Positions 30,362 to 46,233 of a stretch of DNA of 64,000 nt are shown here, piece after piece; position 1 is the stretch's first letter; each line of letters starts with the position of its first letter. The stretch is taken from assembly GCF_009914755.1 (NCBI RefSeq), contig NC_060928.1; one strand, 5' to 3'. The notes under the pieces are model-generated. The model did no database searches and was not told the DNA's origin. It worked only from the letters and a program-made list of their open reading frames with translations. The position numbers and the translations under genes are program-made. The DNA comes from the human T2T-CHM13v2.0 reference genome, Homo sapiens.

Positions 30362-31281
30362 GTGATACTTTCTTAATTTCCATAAAAGAAAGTCTATATA
30401 CAGTTTAAAGGTCTTAAGTTTTTTTAAATAGCAGCATAAGCCCACCCCCTCTCCCTTTTTTTATTTTAGGCAGTAAGGTTGTCTTAGGAGAGTGAGTCAA
30501 GGAACGAGGTAGAGGATTGATTTTAGGTAATAAAGAGCTTTTCAGCATCATCGATTTTTTAGGTAGATAATATCTTACTTTGTTAAAAAGGAATTTTTAA
30601 AAGGGGTTAGCAAAGAAAAACAAAATAAGAAACAGACAAAGTTTTAAAACAAACATAAAAGATGCTTGTGAAATAACTGGGAAAATGGCTGCAAATACAG
30701 TTGCAAAATAATGACCTGAGTCCTCTGTGACATTACTCCTTCTATATATATTTATATGAGATGCTAAATTACAATAAAATGTGTGCTTGTTTTTCATTTG
30801 GTATGCATAGAACCAAATGAAGGAAGTTGAGCAAAATAATTTAAATTTGTAATATACTTAGCTATGATAGCCTAAAACATTTTTCTCTACATGAGATCAT
30901 ACATGTCACCAGGACTTATGGGTTTAAAAGATTTCCTCTTCCTCAGAAAGAACATATATTTTCATACAGCAAAATCATTAGCAGTGACTCTGTTTATGGA
31001 TCCTAGAATCGACCAGTTTCCCAAATAACTGGTTTATTCGCATATGCAGGTCTGTGTGTCTATCAAAACAGGTTATAGATTAAATCTAACTCATCTGGAA
31101 GCCACTCTTTACCTTTACGGTGAGTATGCATGTTCCTCTCAAATCCATTTTGTGAGGATCTATTAATTAAATTTCCAGGTATCCAAGTATTTTGTTAATT
31201 AGGAGTGGTAACAGGAGTGGGGATGTCACTGGGTTCCCATGTAAAACAAACAATATTAGCTTATATTAAAAGCAATAATCT

Positions 31282-31600
<319 letters not shown>

Positions 31601-32227
31601 TTAAGACAAAGTAGACTGTAACAATCAGTACACTCTTTTCTCTACTTTTTCTTATGGAAAATTCGAAACATACAAATAAAGTAGAGAGAATATAATAAAT
31701 TCCCATGTAGCCATCACCTAGACTCAATAATTTTTTTATTCTGTTGATCTTCTTCTATCTATTTCGCATTATACTTTTCTTTCTAGAGTATTTAAAAACT
31801 AGTCTCAGATATCATGTTATCTCATAATCCTTGCATTCCAAAATGTAGACTAAGCCATCCTTGACTATTTTGGCAGGAATTAATATTTGAATAGATATTT
31901 AAATCTTTTGAAATTTAATATGTGAATCAATTGCTCTGGCATAAGAAGAAATACATATTAGGTGTTGTCATATATACTCTTCATGGTTCATACAAATTCA
32001 GAAAACCATTTAAGAAAAGAACTGTCCAACCTCAGGTGTGAACCATAAAGCTCTTTCAGGGCATCTATTCTCTAAGAAGATACAAAAGTGCTAAGGAAGC
32101 AGAAAAGTATAGAGAAAAAAAAAGTGATCTAGGAAAAGAATCATCAAGGGAGTATAGAAAATCTGAACTTAGAGATAAACACTCAGATACTCTGGATGCC
32201 TAAAAATAAGACTATCATAGTAGACAT

Positions 32228-32596
32228 TGTTAGGGCTCTCCTCATATCCCTTGGCAATTTCAACAATCTCCTGTAGACTTCCATCTGGCAGTATCTACAC
32301 ATCCATGTGCCTGAGGGAGTACTGGTTAGACTTGGAATAATTTTCTGAAGTTGGTGTATAAATACCACAGCTCCCTCAACTCTCTCAGTTGGGATAATTA
32401 TGTGTTATATTTTGCACTGTTTCCAAAAGTTATCCTGTAGGATTAAATTCATCTGGCAGCTGGCTTATAAGGAGCCCATCATTGTTTCCCCTTTCCCTGT
32501 TCCATTTTCCCACCTCCCTACTAGTGTCACCAGCTAGTGTCAACTACTTGCACTGGAATTCCTGTTTCAGCATCTCAACCTGGGGAAACCTGACAC
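32228..32596 (+). mobile_element. ERVL LTR (LTR16-like)
   Basis: ctcctcatatcccttgg...ctacttgcactggaattcctgtttcagcatct...ggggaaacc. Confidence 0.55.
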
Positions 32597-32859
32597 AATT
32601 ACTAAACAAGATTCCTTTCTTGTTCTTTTAGATGAGCAAAAAAGGAAAAGAAAGACCTTGTATTAGGTACTTTACAAAAATTACCTTAGTAAACCCTTAT
32701 AATGATAATGTGAAGTAAGAATTATACACATAGGGAAGCTCAGAAGTTGTGTCTGTGATCTCACCACTGGGATCTGAATTCAGAAATAAAGACTAGGAAA
32801 AGCACCAGCGACACGAATTCAGTAAACCTGAATTTCCATATGCCCCAACTCCCAAGCCA

Positions 32860-33495
32860 ATTTTACCCAGTGTTATTTCCTCAAAGCACTGTAGTATTTG
32901 AAATTATCTTGTATATCCATTTGTTTACTTATTGTCTCTCTCTCCCACCCACTTTAGAATGGAAGGTACATAAGATCAAGGACTTTTGTCCTCATTGGCA
33001 TATCTCCAGAGCCATGGGTACATTTAGACACAAATTAATATTTTCTAAATGAATAATTCAGAATGATTCTTAAAATCAAAATATTTTGGCTTATATTTTG
33101 TAACTCATCTTTCCCAGATTTTTTGCAACTCAATCCCACTTTGCTGATTTTCCAGAAACACCATGTTTCCTTGCCATTCCAGTCACATTCCTCCCTCCAG
33201 GCCTTTCCATTTACTGTTCCCTCTGCCTAGAATGTTCTTTTCATTAGACAGTCCTCATGGCTTCTTCCCTCACTTCATTCAGATCTCTTTTATTGAAGAG
33301 ACATTATTGCTTTCCTTTGTCCTTAGTAATTATCACCATATGACATACGTGTTTATTTCCATGTCTATCCCCACTAGACTATAAGCTCAACAAGAGGAGA
33401 AGATTGTCCACATTTCTTCACTGGTATATTCTCAACACTTAGAATAAATTTTCTAGCATGTAACAGGCACTCAACAAATTTTGATGAATGAGTGG
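32860..33495 (+). mobile_element. L2 3' fragments
   Basis: ctgttccctctgcctagaatgttcttt; ccccactagactataagctc; aggcactcaacaaattttgatgaatgagtg. Confidence 0.7.
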
Positions 33496-35017
33496 ATAGG
33501 CACAATATAAATTTAAAATGTCATGATATCAACAACCTCCATAAAATTATTTTGGTTTTCTGAAATAATCTTCAAAAGTACCAATACAAAATATGAAACT
33601 GAAAAGACCCAGTTAAAGTTAAGTGGCACTCCATGCTTAACTGTAACTGATGTCCAAACAGTTGGATTCTCCTAATTAAAATAAGACACAGGACATGGAA
33701 TCAAAAGACACTTTCCAGATCTCAAATGTAAGAAATCCCAGCTACTGTGCTAGACCTCTACCATGCGTATCATTTAAATATAAATGAAAACTTCACACAC
33801 ATTTGATTAAATGTCCTCTTGTTAGTTTTAGCTCAGTTTTGCAGCTGCAACTGTTAATTTTCAACAGTTTAGTGAAAACTGAAGAATAAAGCCCACTTTT
33901 CAAATGGCATGTTCTTACAGATCGTATAGAGGACTGTCATTCTCATCTCCCAATTGGAGCTTGATTGATTACTCCTTTTCCTTATGTTCATTAATCTCGT
34001 CACCTTATCTTTTATACCACTTCATTTTAGCAGAAAGGTAATAATAAAACCCTCATCCATTATCCTTGTACTCATCTAGTCAAGCGGAAATGGTTAATAA
34101 CATGCTACAAATTGAACTTCAATCACTTCATTTTCTCCTTTGTTGAATACACATTAAAATATATTCCAAAAGTGCAATCTGTTTTACAGGAGAATTTGTG
34201 TTATATTGCTACAGACAACTAAAATTAAGTGTTTCTCAGTTTGGTTATTAAATATATCCAAGTGCTCTTTTACCAATAATACTAAAACATTAACTCATTT
34301 TATTAGGGTATAATAATACAAGAGCCTTATCTCTTAGAACACAAAGACATCTAGACTACCTAATAGTATGTGTTATATGATAGGGTCATTTATCTTTAAA
34401 AAAAAATACCAGTGATAATTTATGAATTGGTATATTATTACAAATGAAATTGCTATTTTTAAAAGTTAATTTGTTTACATGCAACCTTATCTTGAAATGC
34501 AAGCCCTATTAGTGAAAAAGTCTATAACTGTCATATAAAACAGAAAGAGAAGAATGGGCATATACATAAAATAGACTCAATGATTTAAGATTTTAAAAGT
34601 ATAATCACTGAAAGAAATTAAATTTAATATGTAATTAGACTAGAGTTTTCAAAAGAAAAAAGAAAAAATGACTTCTGAAATTACAAAAGATTTTTATGTA
34701 CATCACAACAATTGTTGAACTGATTTCTAATAGTCTTAAAAATACTGAGAGGAAAAAAACTATCCTTTTGGGAAAAAAGAATTTTCTACTAATGTGGGTA
34801 AGTGTCTTCTATCTATTTATAAATGGACATGCTCACCAACTAACTAAAAACTAGACCTACAGCAAATGTTGAAAAACTTAACCAGATAATCAAGGCTTAT
34901 TGTCTATTATCTTTCTACCATCCTGAAAAAAATGTTCTTCTGAATCTAGATAACAATGTTAGCAACTGACAATATCAATATTTGAGCACCCGAACTCTAC
35001 TACTTAATAAACCCATC

Positions 35018-35317
35018 TTTTTTTGTTTGTTTGTTTTTTAATTTTTTTGAGACAGGGTCTCAGTCACCCAGGCTGCAGGGCAGTGGCAAGATCACTGCTC
35101 ATCACAGCCTCAACTTCCTGGGCTCAAGCAATCCTCCCATCTTAGCCTCTCAGGTAACTAGTCACATGTCACCACATCTGGCTAATTTTTTAATTTTTTT
35201 TAAGAGACAGGGTTTCACCATATTGCCCAGGCTGTTCTCTAACTCCTGAGCTCAAGCAATCTGTCTCCTTGGGCTCCCAAAGGCTGGGATTACAGATGTG
35301 AGCCATCATGCCCAGCC
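35018..35317 (-). mobile_element. AluJ
   Basis: Antisense dimer with TSD aaacccat. Confidence 0.92.
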
Positions 35318-35401
35318 AAAACCCATTTTTTTTTAATTATTGGGAAAGATACATATATATATCTATTTGCTTACACTGCTGCTGTTGTTGTTTGAAGGGC
35401 A

Positions 35402-35600
35402 TGTGTGTCAGCTATCAATTTATCACCTCTTAGTTCCATATTTACCCTTCATTATCTGCTCTGAAGTAATGAACCTGGATACTTTAAGTATTTCTCCTTT
35501 GTAGTAGCATGACGTTGTTGAGCTTTTTCAACAGACAGCCCTGGAGGGACGCTGCAGGATGAAAGCAGCTTCTTTCCCCCCATTCCAGTGTGCTCAACTC
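35402..35600 (+). mobile_element. ERVL LTR fragment (LTR41/LTR33-like)
   Basis: tgtgtgtcagctatcaattta...ctttaagtatttctccttt...ctggagggacgctgcagga. Confidence 0.5.
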
Positions 35601-36130
35601 ATCGGGCTTCCTTCCACTCAGACATTAGCTAATGAGTATTAATACTGAGTGCCTGAAATGATATTTTGGCAAGTTTGCCTGACCTAAGAGTCATAGAGAT
35701 CACAGTGGCTGATAAGTCAATCTCCATTCCACCACCTTCTGTTTTATGGCAGAATGTGCCATAAAACAACCCTACGGCCATCCCATTTGGCTCAGTCATG
35801 AAGATGCTGGATTCTATGATCCACAGACCCACATCAAGTATCTCTACCCCAGTCCTTGTCTTTTCCTGTTGTTCAGGATGAATACCATATGTATTTGCCC
35901 TGCCTTTCTCAGAAGCAACAAAGGATGAATGATTAAAATGCTGCTTTTAAAAAGTGCATTCCTTTTTATCCATTAAATTGTTTCACTATAAAATATACAC
36001 ATAGATAATATATAATAATTACAATGTTATATTTTATAAGATCATTTAGTCAAGGCCTTGGTTTTTCCAGAATATAGAACAGTAGTATACCAAATGTATA
36101 CATTATTGTTCACATTTAAGACTTTTTAGT

Positions 36131-36185
36131 TGTATACATATGTAACTAACCTGCACATTGTGCACATGTACCCTAAAACTTGAAG

Positions 36186-36224
<39 letters not shown>

Positions 36225-36239
36225 TTTTTTTAAAAAAAC
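36131..36239 (+). mobile_element. Extremely 5'-truncated young L1PA 3' end with (TAA)n tail
   Basis: tgtatacatatgtaactaacctgcacattgtgcacatgtaccctaaaactt. TSD actttttagt at 36121-36130 and 36240-36249. Confidence 0.93.
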
Positions 36240-36979
36240 ACTTTTTAGTACATCATCCAGTATTCCTAATATACAAAGCTACCCTCCTTTTTGCATGATT
36301 TACACGTTTTGCTTTAGTGGAAAGTTTTTAAGATACTTGTCATGTTAGGCATGAATTACCTGTCATAGTTACATTATGTTCTCCACAAATAATCCTTCTT
36401 TTCTGTAAACTGTACAAAACAAAACAATATTACAAAAACAATAGCCTAAACGTTTTTAGATACTTTTTTCCTACAAAAAGCTGTAAGAACATGCTACTAA
36501 GTTTATATTACATATATTACATAGTTCCTTTTAAGGAGACAGGAAGAATTAACATTTAATATTATTTAGCATGTGAAAATTGGAAAGGAATCAATCAATA
36601 AGCCTATGTATGCAACAATTTTTGTTTCACCCTCTAAACATTCTTAAACTATATCAGATGCCATTGTCTATAAAAAATGAATTTATCAATTTAATGAGGA
36701 TTTAGGCAGATTAGTTGCTTAATGAGAACTCCAGCTAATGTGACAGAGGTTTTGTTTCAGTGCTGACAAAATCAGTGTGATAAAACTGTGATTAAACTGA
36801 TGAGAGTACATTTCTTTTTAAAATCATTATTTCACATAATTAATGTTAAACAGCAATATATAATCATTTAAAAATATTGTTTATACCTTTTATATTTTAA
36901 TGTTTTTATATTTAGACATAATAGTTTCAATATTTTACAATCCTGAGCCTTCTCCTCTTACCTTTATCTATTGTGTATT

Positions 36980-37280
36980 ATTTTGTTTTGTTTTTTAGAG
37001 ATAGTGTCTTTCTCTGCTGCCCAGGCTAGAGGGGAGTGGTGCAAGCCTTGCTCACTGAAGCCTCGAACTCTGGGGCTCAAGTGATACTCCCACCTCAGAC
37101 TCCTAAGTAGCCAGAACTACAGGCCCATGCCACTATGCTTGGCTAATTTTTTTCTTTATTTTTTGTAAAGATGGGGTCTCACTATGTTGCCTAGGCTGGT
37201 CCCTAATTCCTGGACTCAAGTGGTTCTCCCACTTTGGCCTCCCAAAGCACTGGGATTACAGGCACAAGCCATGGCAGTCA
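36980..37280 (-). mobile_element. AluJ
   Basis: Diverged antisense dimer. Confidence 0.92.
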
Positions 37281-39514
37281 ACCTACTATTCTGTTTAATT
37301 GTTTCACTCATTTTTCTTGATTTTCTCTCCTTCTTTGTTCTCTTTCTATATTTACACAAATACATAATATCACCATTTAAATAAATGCAAATTACAATTC
37401 ACGCAAGAACAGTAATTCCCAATATATTGGCTAAAAGAAAACTCTATTATCAAAAGCTTTCTCCTTAGCTGGGTAATGCTTTGGTTCATAGATTAGAGAA
37501 CTATCTACCTTAAAACAAAGACTTTTTAAAATTGAAGATAGAAAACATCTGTAAACATTCTACATTTTCCTATGTTGTTTCCTAAATAACCTAAAAGGTC
37601 AATAAGAAAGAGATATTTTGTACTATAAAATACTTTCGTTCTTAAGACAAGGGTGCTGTGGCCCATACATTTGCTAGTATTCCTCTTACTGACTCTCAGA
37701 GGTGGTGTAGTTAAGAACAGAACTTCGACATGACTAATGGGGGTCAGCAGATATTACGTGTCTCCTCATATGTTCCAATATGAGGCATACATCATCAACT
37801 ATAGTTCACCTAAAAATATTTACCTTAATATAACCAAGCCTTTACATTTAACTTCCAGCTTAAAGGATTACAAAGTATCTTTTACAATATAAATAACTAC
37901 TATAAGCAAGTAAATAGATAAGTGCAGAGGTAGGACACTCTACAGAACAAATGCACTGGTCTCCTCAACAAGCCAGTGTTATGAGTAAAGAATTGCTCTG
38001 AAATGAAAAAAAGACTTAACAGACAGAACAACCAGATACAATGAGGATTCCCAGATTAAATTCCACTTTGGGCAAAAAAGTTACAAGGGATATTTTTGGA
38101 GAAAGAGGACACATTTAAATATTGATTAGGTATGAGATAATATTAAGGACTATTATTAATAATTTCATTAGATAATATTGTTACTTTGGTCTTTGTAGGA
38201 AAACATATTGTTTTAAAGACATAGAAAAGTATTTAGGAATGGACTGTTGGGTACCAATTTATTTTAAAACCCTTCAGCATTTCACTTGTGGTAGTGACTG
38301 AATTTCAATTGCGGTCGATTTTGGGGCACAAAGGTGGCTTCTGGTGCTGGTAACATTCTGTTTCCTATTCTAGTTGCTGGTTTTATCATTCTGTCCACTC
38401 TGCAAAAAGTTAGTGTGTTGTACAATTATGTGCAGTTTTCAGTATATGATGTATTTCCATGAACAGTATAAAACAAACTAATCAGCGTTAAAAAATGTTT
38501 ACATGAATTAATTTTAAAATGCAACAGCTCTGGATTAAATTGTTTGGTTTTCAATTTTGGCTCTAAGCCTAATCAAGAACACAATCCCATTTATAATAGA
38601 CACACACACACATAAACAAATGAGGTGAAAGGTCTCCACAAAGAGAACAACATAACATTGTGAAAAGAAATCAGAGATCACACAAACAAATGGAACAACA
38701 TTCCGTTCTCATGAATTGGAGGAATTAATATCATTAAAATGGCCATACTACCCAAAGCAATTTACACATTCAACACTATTTCTCTCAAACTACCAATGTC
38801 ATTTTTCACAGAATTAGAAATAACTATTCTAAAATCATATGGAAGCAAAAAAGAGGCTGAATAGCCAAAACAATCCTAAGCAAAAAGAACAAAGCTGGAG
38901 GTTTCACATTACCTGACTTCAAACTATACTATAAGACTACAATAACCAAAACAGCATGATACTGGTACAAAAACAGACACATAGACCAATGGAACAGAAT
39001 AGACAATTCAGAAATAAAGCTGCACACCTACAACAAAAGTTTTAAAAAGTTGACAAAGATAAGCAATGGCGAAAGGACTGCCTATTTAATAAATAGTGCC
39101 GGTATAACTGGGTATCCATACACAAAAAATGAAACTGGACCACTGCCTTTCAAAATATACAAAAATTAACTCAAGATAGATGAAAGATTTCAAGGTAAGA
39201 CCTCAAGCTATAAAAATCCTAAAAGAAAACCTAGGAAGTACCATTCTGGACATTGGCCTTGGCAAAGAACTTACAACCAAGTCCTCAAAAGCAATTGCAA
39301 CAGCAATGTCAACAAAAAATGACAATTGAGATCTAATTAAAATAAAGAGCTTCTGCACACCAAAAGAAACTATCAACCAAGTAAACAGACAACCCATGGA
39401 ATGGGAGAAAATATTTGCGAACTATGCATCTGACAAAGGCCTAATATCCAGAATCTATAGGAAACTTCATTCAACAAGCAAAACCCAAAGAACCCCATTA
39501 AAAAGTGAACAAAG

Positions 39515-39883
<369 letters not shown>

Positions 39884-40527
39884 TCAACATCACTAATCAT
39901 CAGAGAAATTCAATTCAAAACCACAATGAGATACCATCTCACACTAGTCAGAATGGCTATTATTAAAAAGGCAAACAAATAACAGGTGCTGGTGAGGCTG
40001 CAGACAAAAGAGAACTTTTATACACTGTTGGTGGAAATGTAAATTCGTTCAGCCACTGTGGAAAGCAGTTTGGAGATTTCTCAAAGAACTGAAAACAGAA
40101 CTACCATTTGACCCAGCAATCCCATTGCTGGATATATACTCTAAAGAAAATAAATCATTCTACCAAAAAGACACATGCACTGGTATGTTTATTGCAGTAC
40201 TATTCACAATAGCAAAGACAAGGAATCAACCTAGATGCCCAGCAACAGTGGGGTTGATAAAGGAAATATGGTACATATAGATCATGGAAAACTGCACAGC
40301 CATAACAAAGAATAAAATCATGTCCTTTGCAGCAACGTGCATGCAGCTGGAAGCCATCATCCTGAGTGAATTAATGCAGGAACAGAAAACCAAATACCAC
40401 ATGTTCTCATTCATAAATGGGAGTTAAACACTGGGTACATATGGACATACAGATGGGAACAAGAGAGATTAGAGACTACTAAAGGGGGGAGATGGGGAGG
40501 GGTAAAAGGGGTGAAAAACTATCTACT

Positions 40528-40682
40528 GGCCAGGCGCACACCTGTAATCCAATCCCAACACTTTGGGAGGCTGAGGCAGAATGATTGCTTGAGCCCAGGC
40601 TCAGTGAGCCAAGATCATGTCACTGCACTCTAGCCGGATTACAGAGTGAGGCCCTGTCTCAAAAAAAAAAAAAAAACAAAAA
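40528..40682 (+). mobile_element. Short monomer-length Alu nested in L1PB 3'UTR
   Basis: Left-arm start fused to a right-arm end, with poly(A) and TSD aaaacta(t/c)cta. Confidence 0.85.
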
Positions 40683-40798
40683 ACTACCTATTGGGTATTA
40701 TGCTCACTACCTAGGTGACAGGATCATTCCTACCCCAAACCTCAGTGTTATTCAATATTCCCATGTAACAAACCTGCACATGTAGCCTCTGAATCTAA

Positions 40799-41118
<320 letters not shown>

Positions 41119-42065
41119 AGTTTGTTTAAATTGAGGCTGTACCATGAACTGGGTAAGTTATTAACAGCCCTGCACCTCAATTTCTTCATCTGAAAAATGT
41201 TAGCCATAAAAAATTTTTTACCCCAATTTCTAAACTAGGCTATTCTAAGGTATTTTCTTCTTTCACTTGCCATTTTTTGTGTGTTTATATTACTTTCCTT
41301 ATTCAGTCCAAAATAGATTTCCAATGCCCTATCTCTAAAAGTTGGAAACATTCTGAAATAAATCTAAACAAGAGTTTTCAATTGAAATTAATACCAGTAG
41401 TCTTATAAAGTCGAAAGGAGATTCACAGTATCAACATAGTCTTAAGCGCATCTTAAACAATATATCTGCTCTGAATAGTTACCTGGAAGTGGCAGTGATT
41501 GTATGGCCTCACTAGAATCCAACGTAACATATACCAGAATATTATACATTAATTGACCTGAACACTACTCAGTGTGCTAAGTGATCTGGAGAACAGTAAC
41601 TGAGATACATATACATCTAGAAGTTCACAAAGGGAAGTAGAAAAGGTGTTGCCGAGAAGACTATTCAAGATTACTTTGTCAGTACTGAAACTGTATATTT
41701 TATCAGAAATAAAATTCTAGGAATATCTTTTAGAGTATCAGTTCGTTAAACATCAGTAAAGGAATAAAAACATTTATGTACTCACAAATATCGTATTAAT
41801 ATTTGAAAGTTTTTTAATGTTTAGTATTTTATTTTTTAATTTTTATGTATTTATGTCATTTGAAGTATACTGAATAGCTTTTAAATTAAATCATAGCTAA
41901 CTTACTTTCCGTTATATGTCTTGCTACTTAATAAAGAATATCACAAAATACCTAGGTTTTACGGACATTTTAATAATATAAACTGACCATTATTTTTGCA
42001 TTCTCGAAAACAGACCATAATACTCTTAGGTAGTATGCTGAACATTTGGGATGGGTTTTTATGGG

Positions 42066-42341
42066 TGTTGTTGTTGTTGTTGGGAGACGGAGTCTCACTC
42101 TGTCACCCAGGCTGAAGTGCAGTGGCGCGATCTCGGCTCACTGCAGCCTCCTAGGTTCAAGCGATTCAAGTAGCTGGCTACAGATGTGCGTCACCACACC
42201 CGGCTAATTTTTGTATTTTTAGCAGAGACGGGGTTTCACCATGTTGGCCAGGCTGGTCTTGAACTCCTGACCTCATGTGATCCGCCTGCCTCAGCCTCTC
42301 AAAGTGCTGGGTATACAGGCATGAGCCACCAGCGCCCAGCC
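42066..42341 (-). mobile_element. AluS with small internal deletions and (TGT)n tail
   Basis: Antisense dimer. Confidence 0.93.
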
Positions 42342-43535
42342 AACATTTTGAAAAACAATAAAAATGAAGATTTTAAGGCATGCTATTGTTTTACAAAATA
42401 GCCTGGCTTAATTTTGTAGTTGTAAAGTAACTCAACAAAAAGCAATTGTAAGAATGTTTATAATACATTCCTTAATAACAATAGCAACTTATACTTTCTT
42501 AAAAGTGTTTTTCCTTTATAACTTTCAAAATGTTACTATTACACAACTCAGTGATATACATGTGTCATATAAGTTGGTGCAATTATCTAGCAGAAATACA
42601 GCCACAGAAGCTAAGAAGGGCCCTGTGTCAGCAAAATCAACTTTAAAGAACATCTTGCTTAGAAACTAGAGAGCATAAACTCAAAATTTAAAGCTATTTT
42701 TGTTGCTGTAAATTTTTAACCATATAGATGCACCATTAAACAGCAAAACTTTTCTGATTTTCAGGATGAATTTTATAATGCTAATATAGAGCAGCGGAAA
42801 TCATAACCATTACTGTCCTCAAAAAATGGTGGCTTTATCAGTTCTAGGAAAATTTACATATGAGTAACAGAAAACCTAACTAAAAAATGTTGTAGGCAGC
42901 TTAGATTCCTTTCTTCTCAAATAACAAAGGTAAACGAAAGTTAGCCAGTTACTGGATTTAGTCAGTTCAATGGCTCAAATAGTATAAAGGCTCGGGGTTC
43001 TATTATTTTCTTGGCTTGTTCCACGTATTATGTTTAAGTTCCAGGGAGGAAGAAGGGAAAGGAGAAGGATAAAGACCAAAGAGCATGACTGAGCTGAGTC
43101 AGCTCCACCTATAAAAAGGTTTCCCAGAACTCCAACCCAGCTTCTACTTATCTCTTGCTGGCAAAAAATATACCTAATGATCAGTCCTAGCTTCAAGGAA
43201 AGCTGGAAAAACTGGGACAGGAGAAGGAGGTTAAGCTGGAACATTGGTTCCTTTCAAAATTCACAGTCCTATCAGTTTTCTTAAAATATATTTCTGAAAC
43301 TACTGCCATCCAAACTACTTCATATATAACAGTTCTTAAGAACATGCCAAATATAGACATTTCTCCTCTTTGAAAAAACACCTAAGGAAGGAAAATATTA
43401 AAAAATAGAATAAATGATTTTTTAAAAGGTATCAATTTCAGAAGTTTAAATACATTTTTATAGTGTCTAGTACCGTTTTATGCTATTTTAATGATTCAAC
43501 TATATACTATCTACAGAAGACTCACTTTATAATTC

Positions 43536-43780
43536 ATTTATTTTTAGAGACAGGGTCTTGCTCTGTCATTCAGGCTGGAGTGCAGTGGATGCTTCCTTGA
43601 ACCTCATAGCTCGCTGCAGCCTTGAACTCCTGGGCTCAAGTGATCATCCTGCCTCAGGCAGCAATAGGTGCACACTATCACACCTGGCTAATTTAAAAAA
43701 AATTTTTTTTTGTAGAGGCAGTGTCTCGGTATGTTGCCCAACCTGGTCTTGAGCTGGTCTCAAGCAATCCACCTGCCTCG
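43536..43780 (-). mobile_element. AluJ, partial
   Basis: Diverged antisense Alu lacking its 5' end. Confidence 0.88.
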
Positions 43781-44062
43781 GGAGACTCCATTTAGATTTA
43801 AAGACAGAAATACCTTGAAAGTAAATAAATGGAAAAATACTTACAATATTTACTGCATATATTGCATACTAATATGTAAAATTAAGCAATAAAGCATATG
43901 TTATGTCTGAATCATGCATTGCATTTTAGAATAGTATTTTAAAATTTATAGTACTTATTAACCAGCTTTTTACTTTTGAAATCAATCTCAAACAAAAATG
44001 GGTTCATTGCCTCACAAGTGTCTCTAAACCTTGCTCCTCCCCTATCCTCTGGTTTCCTGCAG

Positions 44063-44230
44063 GCAGGCAGTATAACCAATGGGTAAGAGCATGAATTCTG
44101 GAATTGGACTACCTGGGTTCAAAACTAGCTCTAGCAATGCTGGGCAAACTAATTAATTTCTCTTAGCTCATTCAGCTATAAAACAGAAATAATAATTGTA
44201 AGAATTAAATGAGTTAATGTATATAAAACT
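44063..44230 (+). mobile_element. MIR
   Basis: ggtaagagcatgaattctgga...ctacctgggttcaaa...aagaattaaatgagttaatgtatataaa. Confidence 0.75.
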
Positions 44231-45969
44231 TACAGCATATCACACATTAAAAGTGTCATTTCTTGTTATTGTTATGACCTTTTCCTTCATTTGTGATACA
44301 TGTATTAAGCACTTACCATATACCAGACATTGTGCTAAATATTAGAAATTTGGGTATTTGGGTTATGACCAAATCAGACATAAACTCTGTCTTGCACATA
44401 TCAAAAATATTAAACATGATTTTACCACCTTTTTATTACTATAAAAAGTGAATACTGAATTTGTTTTCTGCAGCTAACGAGAAGAAATCAATAAAGGAAA
44501 GTTAATATAAACACAAAGCAATGAAAATATTTATAAGGCATTGATGATGCTAGCCAGTTCCTGCTTCCTGTAACACCTAGCTATGAATGTTCTTAAAAGA
44601 CAAATCCAGAATCGAAAAACAAACTCAATGATTTAAAATCACCCAATCTTCAGAATTTCTATTCCATATAATTATGAATCTGATAATGACACATCCATAA
44701 TCATACAAAAAAATTTTAAGGTTTCATAGCAAACTTCAAGAAAATTTTAGATAGTCTGGTGGTACTAAAAAATTAGACCAAAATAATTTTATAATGAGGC
44801 TTAACATTAAAATACAAAAATGCAAATAAATTGCCATCTTTATTACCAAAAACATAAGTGTCCCAAAATTCACCAGTCCCCCACAAAAAACTAGAACACA
44901 TATTTATTAACTCAAGGGGCTTTGCTAATTATGTAAATGTCTATCTTTTCTACATGTAATTTCATTCAAACTTCCTCTCTTTCCCCCAATTAACGATCCT
45001 GCCAAATGTTGGGACTTGAAAAGGCCACAGCTTTATACACAATTAACAGTCAAATTCTAACACAAATTACATGTCATTCTTATCTCTGTATACACATTGA
45101 ACTCCTATATCTTGTTGCCAAGAGGGAGCTTGCACTAGGGAATACATCCTGAATTTGTTTAATGTCCAGGAATAACATTTCACACTTAGAAAGGAGATAC
45201 TATCCACTGCCAGCTATGTGAACTGAAATTTGCCATGTCCTATCCTTTTCATTTTGTTCAAATAGGTAGTTTAGAAAATGAGTAACTATCCACTTATCTG
45301 TTTTAACCAAATATTTTCTTGACGCAGAAGAGGCAATCATGATCTTTGGTTTTCTTTAGACACTTTTTAGGATGATTACAGAAACTTTTATGAATGGTAA
45401 ACTTATTTTCTGAATAGAAATTGGGGAACTATCATTTGACACATAATCTCACTACCAGAAAAAATATTTGCAATTGGATCAATCCCAGAAAATTAGATTT
45501 ACATATATGGTCATTATATTTATGATTGCTTCCCGAGAAAAGGTTTCAACAGCAGCAACACTAGAAATAACCAATTTCTTATTCAGTAAGTATATGAGAC
45601 AATCATCACATCAAAATAGTCAGACATGTCCCAATCTTTTGAAGTATAGCATTTTATTACCAAAGTACCTCAACAAATACCAGTCATTTACATACTAAAA
45701 GGGCAACTAAAATATATTTTATATATATTAATATGTACATGTTATGACCTAAAGTTATGAAAGCTTGTAAAACACAGCACTTTTAGAATACAAACATCCC
45801 CAAATTAAACTTTTAAAGAAACAAATCTGATTGGGTTTAGTTACTAGCTTACTGCTCTTCAGTAGTCTCCACTGTCCTTAGAATAGTATCAACTGGCATT
45901 TGTCTACCTGTCCAGCTTTGCCTCCTACAATCTGCTTACTAAACCCTCAGCTCCAAACATAATTCTTCC

Positions 45970-46233
45970 TTTCTTTTTTTTTTTTTCTTTCAAGACAGAG
46001 TCTCAATCTGTTGCCCAGACTGGAGTGCAGTGGTACGATCTCGGCTCACTGCAACCTCCTCCTCCTGGGTTCCAGTGATTCTCATGCCTCAGTCTCCTGA
46101 GTAGCTGAGATTACAGGTGCATGCCACCATGCCCAGCTAATTTTTGTATTTTTAGTAGTGACGGAGTTTTGCCATGTTGGCCAGGCTGGTCTCAAACCCC
46201 TGACCTCCAGTGATACACCCACCTTGGCCTCCC
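45970..46233 (-). mobile_element. AluS, 5'-truncated, within an L2 fragment (~45860-46570)
   Basis: Antisense Alu with TSD cataattctt. Confidence 0.92.

Noticed and set aside
31050-31119. Plus-strand exon-like segment with strong donor ACG|gtgagt
   Set aside because: The acceptor has a poor pyrimidine tract and there is no partner exon or other support.
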